From contig NC_059433.1 of NCBI RefSeq assembly GCF_021028975.2, positions 67,332,001-67,396,000 of the forward strand: DNA of 64,000 nt. The letters run 5' to 3'. The position numbers were made by a program, and so were the translations under genes. Source of the stretch: Sphaerodactylus townsendi (taxonomy: Eukaryota). Position 1 is the stretch's first letter. Each line of letters begins with the position of its first letter. Positions 60,621 to 64,000 of the stretch are shown here, in pieces. The notes beneath the pieces are model-generated. The model was not told the origin of the DNA, made no database searches, and saw only the letters and a list, made by a program, of their open reading frames with translations.

Positions 60621-61743
60621 GTACGGCCGGTTCTGCTCTGTCTCTCTTCTGTGTTATTGGGTCTCTTTTCTGTTGTCCTCAACGGAGAACTGAAGACGAA
60701 TAAGTTGCATCCTCAAAATATGCCCGAGTTAGTTTCCCACAAATTATCCCGAAGAGATGGGGGCTACCGATCATGATTCAATCAGAAGACATTCTCCTTG
60801 CTTCACCTGAGATGTTGTTTTTCTTCTTCGGTTTGGAGTTTCGCAACATTCCTGCAGTTGGCAGAGATCTCACCTGTCTTTCCTTTTCCTCAGCACCTTC
60901 CTGGAGGAAAGGAACGGAGGTCTGTCCATTGTGCCGTGTGGTCTGTGTACCAGATGATTGAGGCTGGGTGCTCGCCTCGCAGCTGAGCAGGGGCGTAGAG
61001 TGGTGGCACACTCCTTAAAACTGGTGGTCCTCACCACAGACATTCTCCAGGTTAAATTTTTTAGCTAGCCACCTAGGATGTAGCGTCTGCATAGAAGAGG
61101 TGCATTTAAGTAATGCTTTGCTGTAGAAGCCGACTGTAAGCCAGGCACTCTCATTTCTATGTAGCTTTGTTTTCCTGAACACGTAAAGATGCTCTTATGA
61201 TGAATTGAACCATTGGGTCTGTTGTGTTCGGTATTGTGTTCGGTATTGTCTGCTCCAGCTGGAGTTGAAACAATGCATGAGGCAAAGTGTTTTATATCAG
61301 AAAGGAGGCAGCTGTCCAACTTTGGGCAGTGATGTGATTACTAACTTCAACAAATCTCAAATAGACGCTTCAAAGGGAGATTACTACGTGAGAGAGCCGA
61401 ACCTGAGCTCATTCAGAAGTTCAGAATAATGGACTTCCTTGGAGCTGAATAGGGGCATAGGATTCTCACCTTAATACAGATCCTAATTCTCTGCCCCTCA
61501 GCATTTCTCTCTTGCTCTGATCAAGTTGATCTCATTTTGCATTGTGCATCCTGACCCCTTTCTTTGCAACACCCCTCCATCCTTCTGATTAGGATATAAG
61601 GGTTTGGAAATCCATACTCTGATTTGTATCTGACAAAAGGGGGCTTTGGCTCTGGGGAAACTTATACCCCCAAATCTTGTTTGTCTCTTCTCAAATCTGG
61701 CTCTTTAACAGACAACAATATTTTAATTTGATTGCCTTTGCAG

Positions 61744-61839
61744 GTATCCACTTCACAGGACTATATCCGAGATATGAGATGGTTTGTTCATCATCTTCAA
61801 CAGAGCACCTCACTGCGGAATGCAGTAATAGTGGAACAG
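61744..61839 (+). CDS. TERT: TERT coding exon 7 (IFD)
   Basis: VSTSQDYIRDMRWFVHHLQQSTSLRNAVIVEQ; 96 nt, AG/GT bounded; not in the ORF track. Confidence 0.93.
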
Positions 61840-62222
61840 GTAGATGTTTATGAACTACTCCCTTCCCTCCACCCCTCTGCATGTAAGGGGTGGTGACCCG
61901 GCAGTCATGCATAGGCAGGGGTTGGGGGTGGGACCAGCTCCTGCTTTTTCCTCCCTACATGCTCAGTGAATGTGTCGGGCTCTGTATATAGGGTGAGATT
62001 ATCCATGTGTTCCTTGCTATGTCTTGTTAAAAGCTTTCACGGCTGGAATCTGGTATTTGGTTTGGGTGTTTTTTAATACCAGTAGCCAGGTTGTGTTGAT
62101 TTTCAGAATCCCTTTTTGTTGAAACTGTCCTGATGTCCTGGTGAAACTGTCCTGGTGTTTGTAGATTTCAGTGGCTTCCCTGTGCAGTGTGACACAGTAG
62201 GTATCCTTGAGGATTTTTCTTT

Positions 62223-62601
62223 GGCCCCTTCCGCACAGGCAAAATAATGAGTTTTCAAACCACTTTCACAACTGGGGTGTTGTGTGGTTTCCGGGCTGTA
62301 TGGCCGTGTTCTAGCAGCATTCTGTCCTGACGTTTCACCTGCATCTGTGGCTGGCATCTTCAGAGGATCAGATCCTCTGAAGATGCCAGGCACAGATGCA
62401 GGCGAAACGTCAGGAGAGAATGCTGCTAGAACACGGCCATACAGCCTGGAAACCACACAGCACCCCAGTGATTCCAGCCGTGAAAGCCTTCGACAATACA
62501 CTTTCACAACTGTTTGCAAGTGGATTTTGCTATTCCGCACAGCTTCAAAGAGCATTGAAAGCAGTTTGAAAGTGCATTATCCTGTATGTGCGGAATGAGC
62601 C
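62223..62601. mobile_element. MITE containing an inverted Penelope terminus (~62274-62498) with hammerhead core at 62373-62415
   Basis: MITE TIRs GGCCCCTTCCGCAC / GTGCGGAATGAGCC; insert flanked by a CACTTTCACAACT duplication. Confidence 0.82.
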
Positions 62602-62844
62602 TTTGTTTGGGTTTTTGATTGCAATGTGTACAGTCTTGAGAAAATAATAGTTAGTGGCCCGTGTGAATCTGTATTATTGCTATTTTCATCTTGCTAATTT
62701 CTTAAACATTCAGATGTGTTTGGTGGCGGGGGGAGGGGTTGGCTCACGCTTCTGCTTTGCCACAGATGGGCAATGCTAGAATGTTCCTGATTTAGCTGTA
62801 ACAGATAATCATTTCTAGCTTATATCTTCTTCTTTTTAATTTAG

Positions 62845-62930
62845 AGTGTTTCTTTGAAGGAAAGATGTTCCAACTTGTTTGAGTTTTTCCGGCAGTTAAT
62901 CTATACCAGTATCCTGAAGATCAAGAACAG
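62845..62930 (+). CDS. TERT: TERT coding exon 8
   Basis: SVSLKERCSNLFEFFRQLIYTSILKIKN(R); 86 nt, phase 0-2. Confidence 0.93.
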
Positions 62931-63377
62931 GTAAAGAACTTCTGTTTTCCTGTATCATATGCATTTGTCAAGGAATAAGGAGGGCTAACTAATGTAGTTT
63001 CCTGATGTGCTTTTAATTGTCTCTGTTGAAAAGGGTATAAATGGAATCCCCTTTGTACTTTTACAAAGCATTATATTTAGGGCAAAAGCGAAGGAGGAGT
63101 AGTGGTAGTTTGGATTTATATCTCCCCTTTCTCTCCAGTAAAGAGACTCAAGGTGGCTTACAAGCTCCTTTTCCTTCCTCTCCCCACAACAGACACCCTG
63201 TGAGGTAGGTGGGGCTGAGAGAATCGTGACTAGGTCACCCAGCAGGCTTTATGTGTTGGAGCAGAGAAACAAATCCAGTTCACCAGATAAGCGTCTGCCA
63301 CTCAGGTGGAGGAGTGGGGAATCAAACTCCATTCTCCAGATTAGAATCCACCTGCATTCTCCAGATTAGAATCCACC

Positions 63378-63733
63378 TGCAGCAGTGGCGTAGGAGGTTA
63401 AGAGCTCGTGTATCTAATCTGGAGGAACCGGGTTTGATTCCCTGCCCTGCCGCCTGAGCTGTGGAGGCTTACCTGGGGAATACAGATTAGCCTGTGCACT
63501 CCCACACACGCCAGCTGGGTGACCTTGGGCTAGTCACAGCTTCTCGGAGCTCTCTCAGCCCCACCCACCTCACAGGGTGTTTGTTGTGAGGGGGGAAGGG
63601 CAAGGAGATTGTAAGCCCCTTTGAGTCTCCTGCAGGAGAGAAAGGGGGGATATGAATCCAAACTCCTCCTGTTCTTCTTCTCCTTCTCCTCCTCCTTCTC
63701 CTCCTTCTCCTCCTCCTCCTCCTCCTCCTCCTC
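63378..63733 (+). mobile_element. tRNA-derived SINE with (CCT)n tail, back-to-back with an older minus-strand SINE (~63090-63360)
   Basis: Consensus match. Confidence 0.85.
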
Positions 63734-63827
63734 TTAAGCACTACACTATGCTGGTGAGTTTCCCATTAGTCCTTCTATTGCTTTGGAGATTTTGTAATGT
63801 GATCTTTTGTTTCCTAATACTTGCCAG

Positions 63828-63941
63828 GTACTATGTCCAGAGCTGCGGGATTCCCCAGGGCTCCATTTTGTCAACCTTGCTTTGCAATCTCTTTTATGGA
63901 GACATGGAGAACAATCTACTGCATGGTGTGCAGGAAGACGG
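63828..63941 (+). CDS. TERT: TERT coding exon 9 (motif B'); gene continues beyond the window
   Basis: [29 protein letters not shown]...DG; 114 nt, phase 2-2. Confidence 0.97.
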
Positions 63942-64000
63942 GTAGGATATCACCCTTCCATAGAGAACCAGCTATTCCCGGAGATGAAAACCAGACACCC

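Noticed and set aside
63487-63741. Poly-Arg / poly-Pro ORFs
   Set aside because: Translation of a (CCT)n SINE tail microsatellite

Overview
Vertebrate genomic DNA, most likely a squamate and probably a gecko, judging from the repeat repertoire (Squam3-like SINEs, CR1, Penelope, SPIN/hAT MITEs). It contains two N-gaps. The left ~46 kb is a tandem, same-strand cluster of MAS/MRGPR-family GPCR genes with single coding exons: four intact ORFs and one pseudogene, built by segmental duplication. The right ~15 kb is the 5' part of telomerase reverse transcriptase (TERT): a CpG-island promoter and coding exons 1-9. I placed these exons by hand from GT/AG sites, consistent phases and the GQ/CP/QFP/T/1/2/A/B' motifs; the gene runs off the window end. 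The rest is dense with mobile DNA: CR1, Rex1 and L2-like LINEs, several solo LTRs, a Copia 5' end, a Helitron, hAT and PIF-type MITEs, and Penelope termini carrying minimal hammerhead ribozymes. Paralogous duplicated segments supply empty sites that time several insertions. The most notable observations are the MRGPR cluster sitting directly upstream of TERT, a possible bidirectional TERT promoter that would transcribe an intact hammerhead, templated insertions, and a triple-nested insertion next to the TERT promoter. No database searches were run; family names rest on motif recognition and repeat boundaries are approximate unless a TSD is quoted.
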